This document shows positions 52,176 through 61,649 of a stretch of 64,000 nucleotides of DNA, piece by piece. Every line of letters begins with the position of its first letter. The first letter of the stretch is position 1. The stretch comes from Candidatus Latescibacterota bacterium. GTDB taxonomy: Bacteria > Latescibacterota > UBA2968 > GCA-2709665. Made by a program: the position numbers and the translations under genes. The notes beneath the pieces were generated by a model. It made no database searches, had not been told where the DNA came from, and saw nothing but the letters and a program-made list of their open reading frames with translations. The DNA lies in contig CAXXJS010000016.1 of NCBI GenBank assembly GCA_963662665.2, forward strand, positions 66,725-130,724, in the 5' to 3' direction.

Positions 52176-53732
52176 ATGGCCGAAGCCATATTGGAACCCC
52201 AACAACTGACCCGCAAGGATTTTGTGTCTGACCAGGAAGTCCGCTGGTGTCCGGGCTGCGGAGATTACGCCATCCTCGCACAGATGCAGAGGGTGCTTCC
52301 CGAACTCGGTATTCGCCGGGAACAGATAGTCTTCATCTCCGGAATCGGTTGCTCCAGCCGTTTTCCGTACTATATGAACACCTATGGTGTGCACTCCATT
52401 CACGGGCGCGCGCCAACCCTCGCCTCAGGCCTCAAAGTGACCAACCCGGACCTGCACGTGTGGGTGATCACCGGGGACGGCGACGGCTTGTCCATTGGCG
52501 GCAACCATCTGTTGCATATTCTGCGCAGGAACGTCGATGTGAACATCATTCTCTTCAACAACCGCATCTACGGCCTTACAAAGGGGCAATACTCGCCCAC
52601 GTCGTTGCCCGGCCACAAGACGTATTCGTCGCCCATGGGCTCCATCGAACAGTCCTTCAATCCCATCTCCGTTGCCATTGGCGCCGAGGCCACCTTTGTC
52701 GCGCGTTCCGTCGACAGGAATACCAAGCACCTTGCCGAAATGCTCCGCCGGGCGGCCGCACACAAGGGCACGTCCTTTGTCGAGGTCTACCAGAATTGCA
52801 ACATCTACAACGATGGCGCGTGGTTCCACATTACCGAAGCCGACGTAAAGGACGACAATACGTTAATTCTCGAAGACGGTCAGCCGATGATTTTCGGCAA
52901 AGAGCGGGACAAGGGTGTCCGGATGAACGATCTGCGTCCGGAGGTCGTGGCGCTGGGCAACGGCACCTCGGAAGACGCGCTGCTCGTACACGACGAAACC
53001 GCGGACCCGCCAGCGCTTGCTTACATGCTCAGCCGAATGGAATATCCGGATTTTCCAGTACCGTTGGGGGTTCTTCGCTGCGTGGAACGACCCGTCTACG
53101 AGGAGGAAATCCTCGCACAGGGTCGCGCCGCCGTCGCACAGCACGGGGAAGCCGATCTGTCCACGCTCTATAATGCCGCCGATACCTGGATTGTATCGGA
53201 AGAGGATAGCGTGCCGGTCGAGCGGGACGTCGCGGAGGAAGTCGAGACGGATATCCCGGATATCATCCCGGGAATTGGCGAAGTGGACCCGATAGACCCG
53301 AAGGGTGAATTCGAGCGTCTGGTCATCGATCCGATCTCGACGGTGAAACTCCACACGCCGGAATTCATCGCGCCGGGGGCTTCAATGCTCGAAGCCATGT
53401 TGCTGATGGAGGAAAAAGAAGCCGGCTGCCTTCTGGTTTCCGAAGACGGTGTTACCCTTCAGGGCATCCTGGCGGAAGGGGACTTTTTCGTAAAGGTCGT
53501 GTGTAAAGACATCGATCTGGCAACCACGCGCGTCGAAGAAGTGATGACGCCAAATCCGATAACCATGAGATTGTCGGATCCCATCGGATACGCGCTGCAT
53601 CTGATGGACCTGCACGGCTACCGGCATATCCCGGTAGTCGACCACGGCGGACGGGTCGTCAAGGTGGCGTCGTTCCGGGCGGCTCTCGAGTTCTTCACTC
53701 AACTTTACGACAACGGAGCGGACGGCAACTGA
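52176..53732 (+). CDS. korB: 2-oxoacid:ferredoxin oxidoreductase beta subunit fused to a C-terminal CBS pair
   Basis: WCPGCGDY, SGIGCSSR, HGRA, GDGD...IGGNH, YGLTKGQ; acidic linker, then CBS (GIL.E.D, VMTPNP, YRHIPVV). Confidence 0.92.
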   Translation: MAEAILEPQQLTRKDFVSDQEVRWCPGCGDYAILAQMQRVLPELGIRREQIVFISGIGCSSRFPYYMNTYGVHSIHGRAPTLASGLKVTNPDLHVWVITGDGDGLSIGGNHLLHILRRNVDVNIILFNNRIYGLTKGQYSPTSLPGHKTYSSPMGSIEQSFNPISVAIGAEATFVARSVDRNTKHLAEMLRRAAAHKGTSFVEVYQNCNIYNDGAWFHITEADVKDDNTLILEDGQPMIFGKERDKGVRMNDLRPEVVALGNGTSEDALLVHDETADPPALAYMLSRMEYPDFPVPLGVLRCVERPVYEEEILAQGRAAVAQHGEADLSTLYNAADTWIVSEEDSVPVERDVAEEVETDIPDIIPGIGEVDPIDPKGEFERLVIDPISTVKLHTPEFIAPGASMLEAMLLMEEKEAGCLLVSEDGVTLQGILAEGDFFVKVVCKDIDLATTRVEEVMTPNPITMRLSDPIGYALHLMDLHGYRHIPVVDHGGRVVKVASFRAALEFFTQLYDNGADGN

Positions 53733-53755
53733 TATCAACGCTCCGTCATACACAG

Positions 53756-53798
53756 ATAGATAAAGGCCCCGGACACCGTTTTCGGGGCCTTTATCTAT
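53756..53798. terminator. bidirectional intrinsic terminator
   Basis: Perfect 16-bp inverted repeat ATAGATAAAGGCCCCG/CGGGGCCTTTATCTAT between convergent genes. Confidence 0.85.
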
Positions 53799-53880
53799 GA
53801 AATCCCGGAGATCGGCTGAGACGAACACGTTTGCGAATGAATCACACCCGTTGTACGGCAACCGTCGCGCCTTGCCTGCC

Positions 53881-54345
53881 TCAACCGTCCTGCGGCCGAC
53901 TGTATATCACCCTTGCCACCAGATCCTGCGGAAATTCAACCATCCCCTCAGGTCCCAACCGCTCCACCTCCGCCAACCCCAGTTCGATATTTCGCTTGAG
54001 CGCGCCTACGTCCACACCCAGAAACCGGACGGGAAACTGCTTCAGCTTGAAATATGAATTGTTGTAGTGCTTCACTGTCCCGTGGTAGATCCCTCTTTGA
54101 AGCTGATGATACGCCGCCGCGAGCTGGATCAGGCCCTGAAAGAAAATCCGGCTCGGCTCGGCATGCCTTCGCCACACCTGTTCCCAGGCCTCGTGGCTTT
54201 CCCAGTGCTCGCGACTGTTGAACAGTCGCACGCCTCTCTCAAAGTCCATCCAGTCCTCAACCGACATCGCGGGCTCTACCACGTCCGCTGCGGCGATGAG
54301 GTATGCCCGCTTCATCCGCGCCGATTTCAGGTCGGACCATCCCAC
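53881..54345 (-). CDS. DUF309 domain protein
   Basis: G..LFN....WESHEAWE..W, FFQGLIQ.AAA.. Confidence 0.85.
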   Translation of the reverse strand: MGWSDLKSARMKRAYLIAAADVVEPAMSVEDWMDFERGVRLFNSREHWESHEAWEQVWRRHAEPSRIFFQGLIQLAAAYHQLQRGIYHGTVKHYNNSYFKLKQFPVRFLGVDVGALKRNIELGLAEVERLGPEGMVEFPQDLVARVIYSRPQDG

Positions 54346-54348
54346 GTA

Positions 54349-55086
54349 CTATCCTCCGGCATGCACTTCAAGCATCGTCTCCAGCGCTACCAGATGCGCC
54401 TGAACCCGTACATCCATAGCCAGCGCCGACGGCGTCTCAGACGTAATCAGACGATCTGTATACGACTGTTTGAATAACACGATCGGCACGCCGCCGCCAA
54501 GACGCCGCTTTTCCACCTGCAGGTTCGGAAATATCACGCCGTTCAACGCAGTCTCGCCCTCTATCGTCGTTTGTGTATTCAGCGGACAGACCCCGGACAC
54601 CTGTTGTGTTATCGGGGGTCCGGCAGGCGCCATTCCGCGAACCTGTTCGTAAAGATAGTACCCAGGGCTCTCCCAGTCTTCATGAAGATCCATTATCGCC
54701 GCGAACTTCCTCCCGCGTATAAACCGCTTTAAAAGGCCGATCTCCGGTACGTCGTCACGAAGAAATGCCCAGTTGATGTCCACGTCCTGCACATTCCACC
54801 GGGTATTGTGAACATATCCGTACGGGTTCAAACAGGGTATCACGAAAAACCGGAATCGATCCAGCCATTCCTCGCAGCCCGTCTCCAGAAAAGCCAGAGC
54901 CCCCTCCGTTCCGGCGGGTTCGTCGCCATGGGTTCCGCCGTTGATATAAATCGCGGGAAGGGAGGGATCTGTGCGAAGCGTTACACAATAGACCGGAAAG
55001 CCGTCTATGCGGTCCAGCACTTCGATTCGGGCATCCACGTGCGAAAGCGCCTCGGTGCGCCGGACGACGTTGTTGTAGTCACGCAT
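54349..55086 (-). CDS. M14 / succinylglutamate desuccinylase-aspartoacylase family
   Basis: HGDEPAG, P.LNP.G, D.N, DLHED, ETP. Confidence 0.85.
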   Translation of the reverse strand: MRDYNNVVRRTEALSHVDARIEVLDRIDGFPVYCVTLRTDPSLPAIYINGGTHGDEPAGTEGALAFLETGCEEWLDRFRFFVIPCLNPYGYVHNTRWNVQDVDINWAFLRDDVPEIGLLKRFIRGRKFAAIMDLHEDWESPGYYLYEQVRGMAPAGPPITQQVSGVCPLNTQTTIEGETALNGVIFPNLQVEKRRLGGGVPIVLFKQSYTDRLITSETPSALAMDVRVQAHLVALETMLEVHAGG

Positions 55087-55129
55087 GGAGATTCACCTCT
55101 TTACCATGCCAACCCGATGATCGCGGGAT

Positions 55130-56455
55130 TCAGGCAAACATCTCCCTCCCGAGCGTAATCCCGTGCGCTTCGACGGGATCTACGGTCCTTCCGGCGCGAG
55201 CCAGCCGCCGGGACAACTCCGAGGCCAGGATTTCACCCATCTCACGCGTCTTCCCGGGCAGTTCCCGCGCCAGATTCCGCTGCTCCGAAGGATCGCCGCT
55301 CAGATCATACAGTTCCAGCATGGGATTACCGTAAAAGTCCGGCTCCAGTGCGGCGATCAGCTTCCACCCGCCTTCGCACACCGCCCATTTGGCCATCCAG
55401 GTACACTCCTGCGAAAGCAGCAGTTTCCCGTGTTCACGATCCGACCCGCCGCGAATGAACGGGAGCAGCGAACGCCCATCCATCCTGCTCGGAACCGGAA
55501 GCCCGGCGCCTTCAAGTACGGTCGGCGCAAGATCCGTGTGTTGAGCCAGCGACCGGATGCGGCTTCCATTAACGTCGACTCCCGGCCACCGCACAATCAG
55601 CGGAACGCGTATATCGCTCTCGTACAATCCATGGTGATCGAAGTAGATGCCGTGCTCACCCAGTTCCTCGCCGTGGTCGCTGAAAATGAATACCGCTGTT
55701 TCTTCCGCAATACCCAACGTCTCGAGCGTGCCCAGCAACTCCTGGATTCCATCGTCCACACATCTCACCTCCGCATCGTACTGGCTGCGTACGAATTCGA
55801 TGTCGGTGATCTGCGCGCCCGCCGCATCAGGCCACTCGGACGCCATCCGCCCAAGCCAGCCGGACGTCCACCAGCTTCTCAGGGGCCGCCGGAAAAAATC
55901 GTCCAGGCTGCCCCTGTTTTCTACCGTCGGATCGCCGGAATAAAAGAGATCCCTGTATGCCGCGGGAGGCATGTAGGGCGTGTGAGGATCCCAATAGTGT
56001 ACGAAGAGAAAAAACGGCTCGCCGCCACGGGCATTCAGCCACTCGACTGCCAGTTCATTAAACCGAAAGCATTCGGGATAGCTTCCCGCCTCCCTCGGAT
56101 TCAGGCACACATCGAATCCCCGGGAAAACCAGGGTTTGTGATGCTCCGCCAGATTGTCTACCGCGGCCGTGGCGTATCCGGCCCGCTGCAGGAATTCAGG
56201 AAGAAAGGGCGCGCTTTTTCCCAGAGACCAGCGGCCCCGGTGCGCCACGATCCCATGCGTGGTGGGCCACTGCCCTGTAAACATGCACGTGAACGAGGGT
56301 TGCGTGGGGATGGACGGCGCATAGCAATTCTCGAACACCGACGAGCGACCCGCGAACGCATCGATGTACGGCGTGGTGGGCCGGTCATATCCGTAGCATC
56401 CGAGTCGATCCGCGCGCAGGCTGTCGACGGCGATCATCAGGAAATTCATCCGCAC
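55130..56455 (-). CDS. sulfatase-like hydrolase (non-canonical TQPSF signature)
   Basis: DSLRAD, PTQPSFTCMFTG, HYWDPHTPY, SDHGE, HHGLY, ELYDL..DP.E. Confidence 0.85.
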   Translation of the reverse strand: MRMNFLMIAVDSLRADRLGCYGYDRPTTPYIDAFAGRSSVFENCYAPSIPTQPSFTCMFTGQWPTTHGIVAHRGRWSLGKSAPFLPEFLQRAGYATAAVDNLAEHHKPWFSRGFDVCLNPREAGSYPECFRFNELAVEWLNARGGEPFFLFVHYWDPHTPYMPPAAYRDLFYSGDPTVENRGSLDDFFRRPLRSWWTSGWLGRMASEWPDAAGAQITDIEFVRSQYDAEVRCVDDGIQELLGTLETLGIAEETAVFIFSDHGEELGEHGIYFDHHGLYESDIRVPLIVRWPGVDVNGSRIRSLAQHTDLAPTVLEGAGLPVPSRMDGRSLLPFIRGGSDREHGKLLLSQECTWMAKWAVCEGGWKLIAALEPDFYGNPMLELYDLSGDPSEQRNLARELPGKTREMGEILASELSRRLARAGRTVDPVEAHGITLGREMFA

Positions 56456-56519
56456 GCCTTTACAATAGATCCGGACGGCCTGGGCAACCCCTGGGAAGAT
56501 TCTCTCACTTCGCCTCCCG

Positions 56520-57410
56520 TCAGTCCGTCCGAACCACCCAATCCTCGAATTCCAGGCTTTCGGACAGTTGCCAGGCCGTCAGGTAAAGCGACGCGGTAAA
56601 CGCCACTGCTTCCCGCGCACGTTTCATACCGAAGGCCACCACCTCGGGAACCGGCGTCCACTCACCCTCTCCCGCAGACGGCAATCGACCATCCAGACTA
56701 TATACGGCGTCGACCAGCGACCTGCTGTTTTCTATCTGTGCGGCAATACCAGCCATCAGGCTGTCCAGCACGACCGGCTCCAGACCGGATGCCAGGTCGC
56801 CGGGCGCCGGGTTGATCCTGCGGATCAGATCGTCCACTTTGTATAGTATTCCCTTAGATTGAATGGCGCCGTCCGGACCGGGACGTCCGTCGAAGTACAT
56901 GGTCACGCGCAGCGGCTGACAGAGGTCCTGGGCGTAATTCGCGAGAAACCCGGCGTACATCAGACATTTTTGCCTGATATGGCGATTGTCCGACCAGCGC
57001 CTGTGCTCTGCAAACGCCACTGCCAACCTCTGAGTCCATTCGGCTACCGAATAGGGCAGGAAACCGACCTTATCGGGCGCGATGCCCTGGTCCGCGCATC
57101 GTTCAAGAAACCTGCTGCGATCAGCCGGCAGCGAAGGGTCCTTCAGTCGTTCCGGATTGAAATAGTGCTCCGGACCCTCCGCACGGCGCAATATTGGCGT
57201 TCCGCGGTTCCGCGCCAGGTCGGGGTCCCACACGTAGTGTGCGACGGCGTCACCTCCAGTCCGAAAGAAGGCCGGCATCTGTTCCGGCAAAGAGGCAACG
57301 GCCGCTTTGCTGACAATACTGTGCCCGCGTACCCACCAAGCCTGGGCGGCGCTCGCATTCAAGAAAACCAGGATCAGAAAGAAAGGCCACTTCGCCATCC
57401 GGCACCCCAT
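56520..57410 (-). CDS. exported S1/P1 nuclease-like protein, probably catalytically impaired
   Basis: Signal peptide followed by W...GH, PD, EHY, G.LPY; D...QPL motif without the usual His residues. Confidence 0.7.
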   Translation of the reverse strand: MGCRMAKWPFFLILVFLNASAAQAWWVRGHSIVSKAAVASLPEQMPAFFRTGGDAVAHYVWDPDLARNRGTPILRRAEGPEHYFNPERLKDPSLPADRSRFLERCADQGIAPDKVGFLPYSVAEWTQRLAVAFAEHRRWSDNRHIRQKCLMYAGFLANYAQDLCQPLRVTMYFDGRPGPDGAIQSKGILYKVDDLIRRINPAPGDLASGLEPVVLDSLMAGIAAQIENSRSLVDAVYSLDGRLPSAGEGEWTPVPEVVAFGMKRAREAVAFTASLYLTAWQLSESLEFEDWVVRTD

Positions 57411-57458
57411 ATTTGCGTGTCAACTCTGTTCAGTCGGCGGCAATTCAGCGATCCGGAA

Positions 57459-59433
57459 GTAGAGTCGAGATGTGGCGCGGTGGTTTAGGAGTGGCCTATC
57501 TGTTTCCGCCCCTTTCGTCTGGCGGTGCCTCAATAGCCCCTCCGTGCCCCGTTTCCACGTCCCGCTCGTCGAACCGGACGTGCGGAGTTACCGCATCCGG
57601 CTCTCGGACAAGGAGTCATGCGTTCGCCCACGGACAGTTGCGCGTCTGCGCTTCCAGCCGGGTCAGGCCCAACGTATCGTAGAGGACCTCGTCAGGGAAA
57701 CGTGACGTTCCCTTTCCCGGTATCCGGTGCTTGTTGCACAACCACCATCGGAGCCGTTGCCGGGTGTGGCTGTCCACACTCCGGTAGGCCTTGCTGACCG
57801 GTCCAAGACGGAAGTAATTGCCCCAGCCTGCCAGTTTTCGGTTCAGGTGGGCAATCCGTTCTTGATGGTCTTTCAGCAACCACCGTCGCGCCGTGGCCTC
57901 GCTGATGGCCCGGCAGATGTGCCGGATGGCCTTCTTTGACGGACGCGTGCCGATGTAGGCCTTGCCCGTCTTTGGCGAGTAACAGCGCCCGATGGTGTAA
58001 CCCAGAAAGTCAAATCGTCCTTCCGGAAGCGTGCATACGCTCGTCTTCTGCTCGTTGACCGTCAACTTGAGCGCTTTCATCATGCATCGCATCACGCGCA
58101 TCGCTTCTTTTGCAGTCCCGCGACAGCAGATCACAAAATCGTCAGCGTAGTTGACAATATGAGCCTTCAGACGTTGCTGATGTCCCAGAAGTCGCCAGCC
58201 CAGGATGAACCGCCGCATATACAGGTTCGCCAGCAACGGGGAGATGGGCGCGCCTTGCGGCACCCCTCTTCCCTGGTCCTTGTTCGGCGTCGTCCGACGT
58301 TTCCGGCCCCGCTTGTCGGTTTCTTCCACCGGCGCGGTCAGCCACATCTTGATCAGACGCAGTATCCGCCCGTCCGAGATGCGGCGCGCCACCGATTTCA
58401 TCAACTCGGCGTGCGGGATCGTGTCGAAGTAGCCGCTCAAGTCGGCGTCGATCACCTGTGTGTGGCCTCGGTTCACCAGACTGTGAACCGCCTTGACGGC
58501 GTCGTGCGCGCTCCGCTTCGGACGGTACGCATATTGCCCTGCTGGCAGGTCCGCTTCAATGATCGGCTCCAGGACCAGCACCGCCGCCGTTTGCACCACA
58601 CGGTCTCTGATCGTCGGGATACCCAGCGGCCGTTGTTTCCCGTTCGGCTTCGGGATATATACCCGACGAATCGGAGAGGTCCGATACGATTTGCTTCTTA
58701 CGGCTTCCGACAGTTCGCCTAACCACCGGTCTCGTCCATATGTCTCGATGTCCTCGAAAGTCTCCCCGTCCACGCCCGCCGCGCCGCCGTTGGCCTTGCA
58801 GCAGCGGTAAGCATAGTTCAGGATGTCCTCGCGATACACTTTGTCATATAGCGCGTAGAATCGGTAATCGGGCGATTCCTTCGCTTTGGCATGCAACGTC
58901 ATCCGCAGCTTCCGAACCTTGTCCGGAGGTCTTAGGCTCATACCAATCTCCCGGCTCTCGCTCCTTTGACGTTGCCCTTGAACCAAGGCCCCTTTCCTCC
59001 ACCGGCATTACCCGGCTTCTCAGGTACTACGGGCCTCTCCGCCACCCCATGCGGCCCGGCCTGGCCCTCGCGGGCTGCCGGTTGGTGTCACCCCCACCGC
59101 TGGGGCTTCCCGTGTTGCGTCGGAACTCCTTGTATGCGTGCCTCCGCCATTACCCCGGCGGGACCGTTGGGTGCGCTCGTTGCCTGCTTCCCCAACGACG
59201 GCGGCCTTCCCCGTTCGATTGGCGGGTCGGCTCCCGCATTACCTTTTTCGAGGCCTGCGCAGCGTTTACTCACGTTTCAGCCCACATACTCGCCGGGTCG
59301 CCTGGCGACCCTCTACACCGGAGGCTTCGGAGATGTCGTTACCTGCGTCTCCGCTCCGATTGCTTCCGACTGTGGCAACATCTGTCGGGTGGGACTCTCA
59401 CCCACTGAAGTTCCGCGCCTTTTCACGGCGCAC
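57459..59433 (-). mobile_element. group II intron, apparently full length
   Basis: 5' GTGCG at 59433; domain V GAGCCGGATGCGGTAACTCCGCACGTCCGGTTC (~57573-57605); domain VI ending ...CGACTCTAC at 57459; RT ORF inside. Confidence 0.92.
57616..58941 (-). CDS. ltrA: group II intron reverse transcriptase/maturase without an endonuclease domain
   Basis: GAAGVDG, IPK.NG..RPLGIP..RDR, PQGAPISPLLAN, YADD, FDFLG, domain X GW.NYF; start likely ATG 58941. Confidence 0.95.
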   Translation of the reverse strand: MSLRPPDKVRKLRMTLHAKAKESPDYRFYALYDKVYREDILNYAYRCCKANGGAAGVDGETFEDIETYGRDRWLGELSEAVRSKSYRTSPIRRVYIPKPNGKQRPLGIPTIRDRVVQTAAVLVLEPIIEADLPAGQYAYRPKRSAHDAVKAVHSLVNRGHTQVIDADLSGYFDTIPHAELMKSVARRISDGRILRLIKMWLTAPVEETDKRGRKRRTTPNKDQGRGVPQGAPISPLLANLYMRRFILGWRLLGHQQRLKAHIVNYADDFVICCRGTAKEAMRVMRCMMKALKLTVNEQKTSVCTLPEGRFDFLGYTIGRCYSPKTGKAYIGTRPSKKAIRHICRAISEATARRWLLKDHQERIAHLNRKLAGWGNYFRLGPVSKAYRSVDSHTRQRLRWWLCNKHRIPGKGTSRFPDEVLYDTLGLTRLEAQTRNCPWANA

Positions 59434-59444
59434 TTCCGAATCCG

Positions 59445-59473
59445 AAGTTACGTCCGTGCGTCTTCTTTGTCAA
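59445..59473 (-). promoter_or_regulatory. sigma70-type promoter immediately upstream of the intron
   Basis: Minus strand TTGACA (59473-59468), 17 nt, TAACTT (59450-59445). Confidence 0.6.
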
Positions 59474-59486
59474 CGGCTCGTTGACA

Positions 59487-59518
59487 GAAGCGGAGGCCCC
59501 GTGTGAGACCTCCGCTTC
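59487..59518 (-). terminator. hairpin downstream of selC
   Basis: GAAGCGGAGG...CCTCCGCTTC inverted repeat; weak U tail. Confidence 0.6.
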
Positions 59519-59524
59519 CGATGT

Positions 59525-59622
59525 TGGCGGGAATGTGTGGGAATCGAACCCACCCAGCGCGTGATTAGCACGCCGCAACGGGTTTGAAGCCCGCGAGGGC
59601 CACCAGTGCCCCATCCACTCCC
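59525..59622 (-). tRNA. selC: tRNA-Sec (UCA)
   Basis: GGGAGTGG 5' end, anticodon arm GCGGG-CTTCAAA-CCCGT, long variable arm, GGTTCGATTCCC, G discriminator, CCA; directly after selB. Confidence 0.95.
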
Positions 59623-59750
59623 GCACAAAGAGCAGGCTGCCGACGATCGTGATATCCGGCTGTGCTGCAGCACAAGCCGTGCCCGGAAAACGAATTGCCG
59701 CGAAAACCATACAATGTCAAACGACCCGGTCCGATGATCGGACCTCGCGT

Positions 59751-61649
59751 CTATCCGGCAAGCACCCGGACGTCCCCCTTTCTCATCGTGACGCCCTTAT
59801 TGTCGAAATGGTTCAGCAGTGGCACGGCATACTTGCGCGTGGTGCCGACCAGATCGCGGAAGGCCGAAACACTCATTTCCCGGTTTCGCTGAAGATAACC
59901 CACGAGGTCCTGCTCAATTTCCTCCAGCGTGCGTGGAGGAAACATCAGATTCTCGTCCAGCCTCACAATCTCCCCCATGGCTTGCATGGCGGCCGCAACG
60001 GCGTGAACTTCCGCAGCGTCTTGCGCAAGGTGTGCGTCTATCTCATTCAAATCGGGAGGCGTCGCCTTCCCCGCCACCAGGAGCACCAGGATTTCATTTC
60101 TGATCCGGTCCTGTTTCCCGGAGAAGCGGATACGGTGATCGGCCAGACGCAGCAGGGGACCCGCGGGAATGACAACCCTACCCGAGAGCAGACGGTCGAT
60201 TGCATGCTCAAATAGACCCGCGGGCGGCTCTGGCGCCACCTGCTGGCGAAGTTCGCTGTGCGAAACCCCCGTCTTAAGGGGGTTGGCCAGATGGTATGTC
60301 GACAACGCGTCCCTTATGAGTTGCAGCAGCAATTGCCATGCGTCTGTATGGACGTAGTTTGCCTCGCCCGCATGGCGAAAGCCGAATGCCTCTCCATCCG
60401 TCAGGAGCTCCTTCAGCCGATCGTCTGTCTCGGACCGGGACAGACCCATTGCCGCCGAAAGGTCTCCCACGGTAAGGGCGCGAAATCCAGCCGCCTTCAG
60501 CCGATGGCTCAATACCCGGGTCGGATCCTCGACCTCGAACCCGCGCAGCCTTTCCAGCGTGTCCTTTCGAAAGCGGCGATGTTTCACCGGCTGTGCATCC
60601 AGCACCACCCCACCACCCAGCGTTTGTACGGGCGAATATCGTCGGATCACATAACGGTCTCCGCGGGCGGCCACGCCGCGCCCTTCCAGACGAAACTGCA
60701 CCAATTGAGACTCGCCCGGCCGCAATTCGTCGGACTCCAGGAGAATTACGCGCGCCAGAACTTCGCGAGGACCGAGGTGCAGGTGCACCCGCGCCCGATT
60801 CTTCAGCGACACCGGCGCATCCTTAAGCAACCACAGGCGCGCGTCGAGCATATAGGTTGAGTTGAAGTAGCCGTGCTGCGCCAGAAGATCGCCCCGCGTG
60901 ACCTGATCCACTTCCGCGTCGGCCAGGTTGATCGCCGCGCGATGACCGACGTGAGCCGTATCCACGTCCCTGCCGTGCACCTGCACGCCGCGCACCCGCA
61001 CGGGACGATCCGCCGGCTGAAGCATCACCACGTCTTTCACGCGGACCTGCCCGGACAGTATCGTTCCGGTCACGACCGTTCCGAACCCCCTGACAGAAAA
61101 CACCCGGTCCACGGGCAGTCGGAACACCCCGCCATCCGGGCGCTCCTCCACCTTCTCGATTTCCTCGTCCAGCAATGATCGAAGCGCCTCAATCCCCTCG
61201 CCGGTGGCAGCGGATACCGGCACGATCGGCGCGCCGTCCAGAAACGTGCCTTCAAACAGGTCGCGCAGATCCTCCTCCACCAGGTCCGTCCAATCCGGCT
61301 CCACCAGATCCACCTTATTCAGCGCCACAATGCCCCGCTGCACACCCAGTAGACTCAGAATTCCCAGATGCTCGCGTGTCTGGGGCATTGCCCCGTCATC
61401 CGCCGCGACGACAAACAAAGCGAGGTCCACCGTACACACACCCGTCACCATATTCTTCACGAACCGTTCGTGACCGGGCACATCGATTATTGTGACATGG
61501 TCTTTCCAGTATGCAAATCCGATATCGATGGTCACCCCCCGGTCCTTCTCCTGCGGGAGCGTGTCCGTATCGATACCCGTCAGCGCCTTGATGAGCGCTG
61601 TCTTGCCATGATCGATATGACCTGCCGTTCCGATAATCACGTGTGACAT
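59751..61649 (-). CDS. selB: selenocysteine-specific elongation factor
   Basis: [27 protein letters not shown]-terminal [11 protein letters not shown]; start re-assigned to 61649. Confidence 0.96.
   Translation of the reverse strand: MSHVIIGTAGHIDHGKTALIKALTGIDTDTLPQEKDRGVTIDIGFAYWKDHVTIIDVPGHERFVKNMVTGVCTVDLALFVVAADDGAMPQTREHLGILSLLGVQRGIVALNKVDLVEPDWTDLVEEDLRDLFEGTFLDGAPIVPVSAATGEGIEALRSLLDEEIEKVEERPDGGVFRLPVDRVFSVRGFGTVVTGTILSGQVRVKDVVMLQPADRPVRVRGVQVHGRDVDTAHVGHRAAINLADAEVDQVTRGDLLAQHGYFNSTYMLDARLWLLKDAPVSLKNRARVHLHLGPREVLARVILLESDELRPGESQLVQFRLEGRGVAARGDRYVIRRYSPVQTLGGGVVLDAQPVKHRRFRKDTLERLRGFEVEDPTRVLSHRLKAAGFRALTVGDLSAAMGLSRSETDDRLKELLTDGEAFGFRHAGEANYVHTDAWQLLLQLIRDALSTYHLANPLKTGVSHSELRQQVAPEPPAGLFEHAIDRLLSGRVVIPAGPLLRLADHRIRFSGKQDRIRNEILVLLVAGKATPPDLNEIDAHLAQDAAEVHAVAAAMQAMGEIVRLDENLMFPPRTLEEIEQDLVGYLQRNREMSVSAFRDLVGTTRKYAVPLLNHFDNKGVTMRKGDVRVLAG

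Noticed and set aside
59433-59518. Class IIC terminator-targeted intron insertion
   Set aside because: The selC hairpin is ~55 nt and the second palindrome ~35 nt from the splice site, not the few nucleotides typical of IIC
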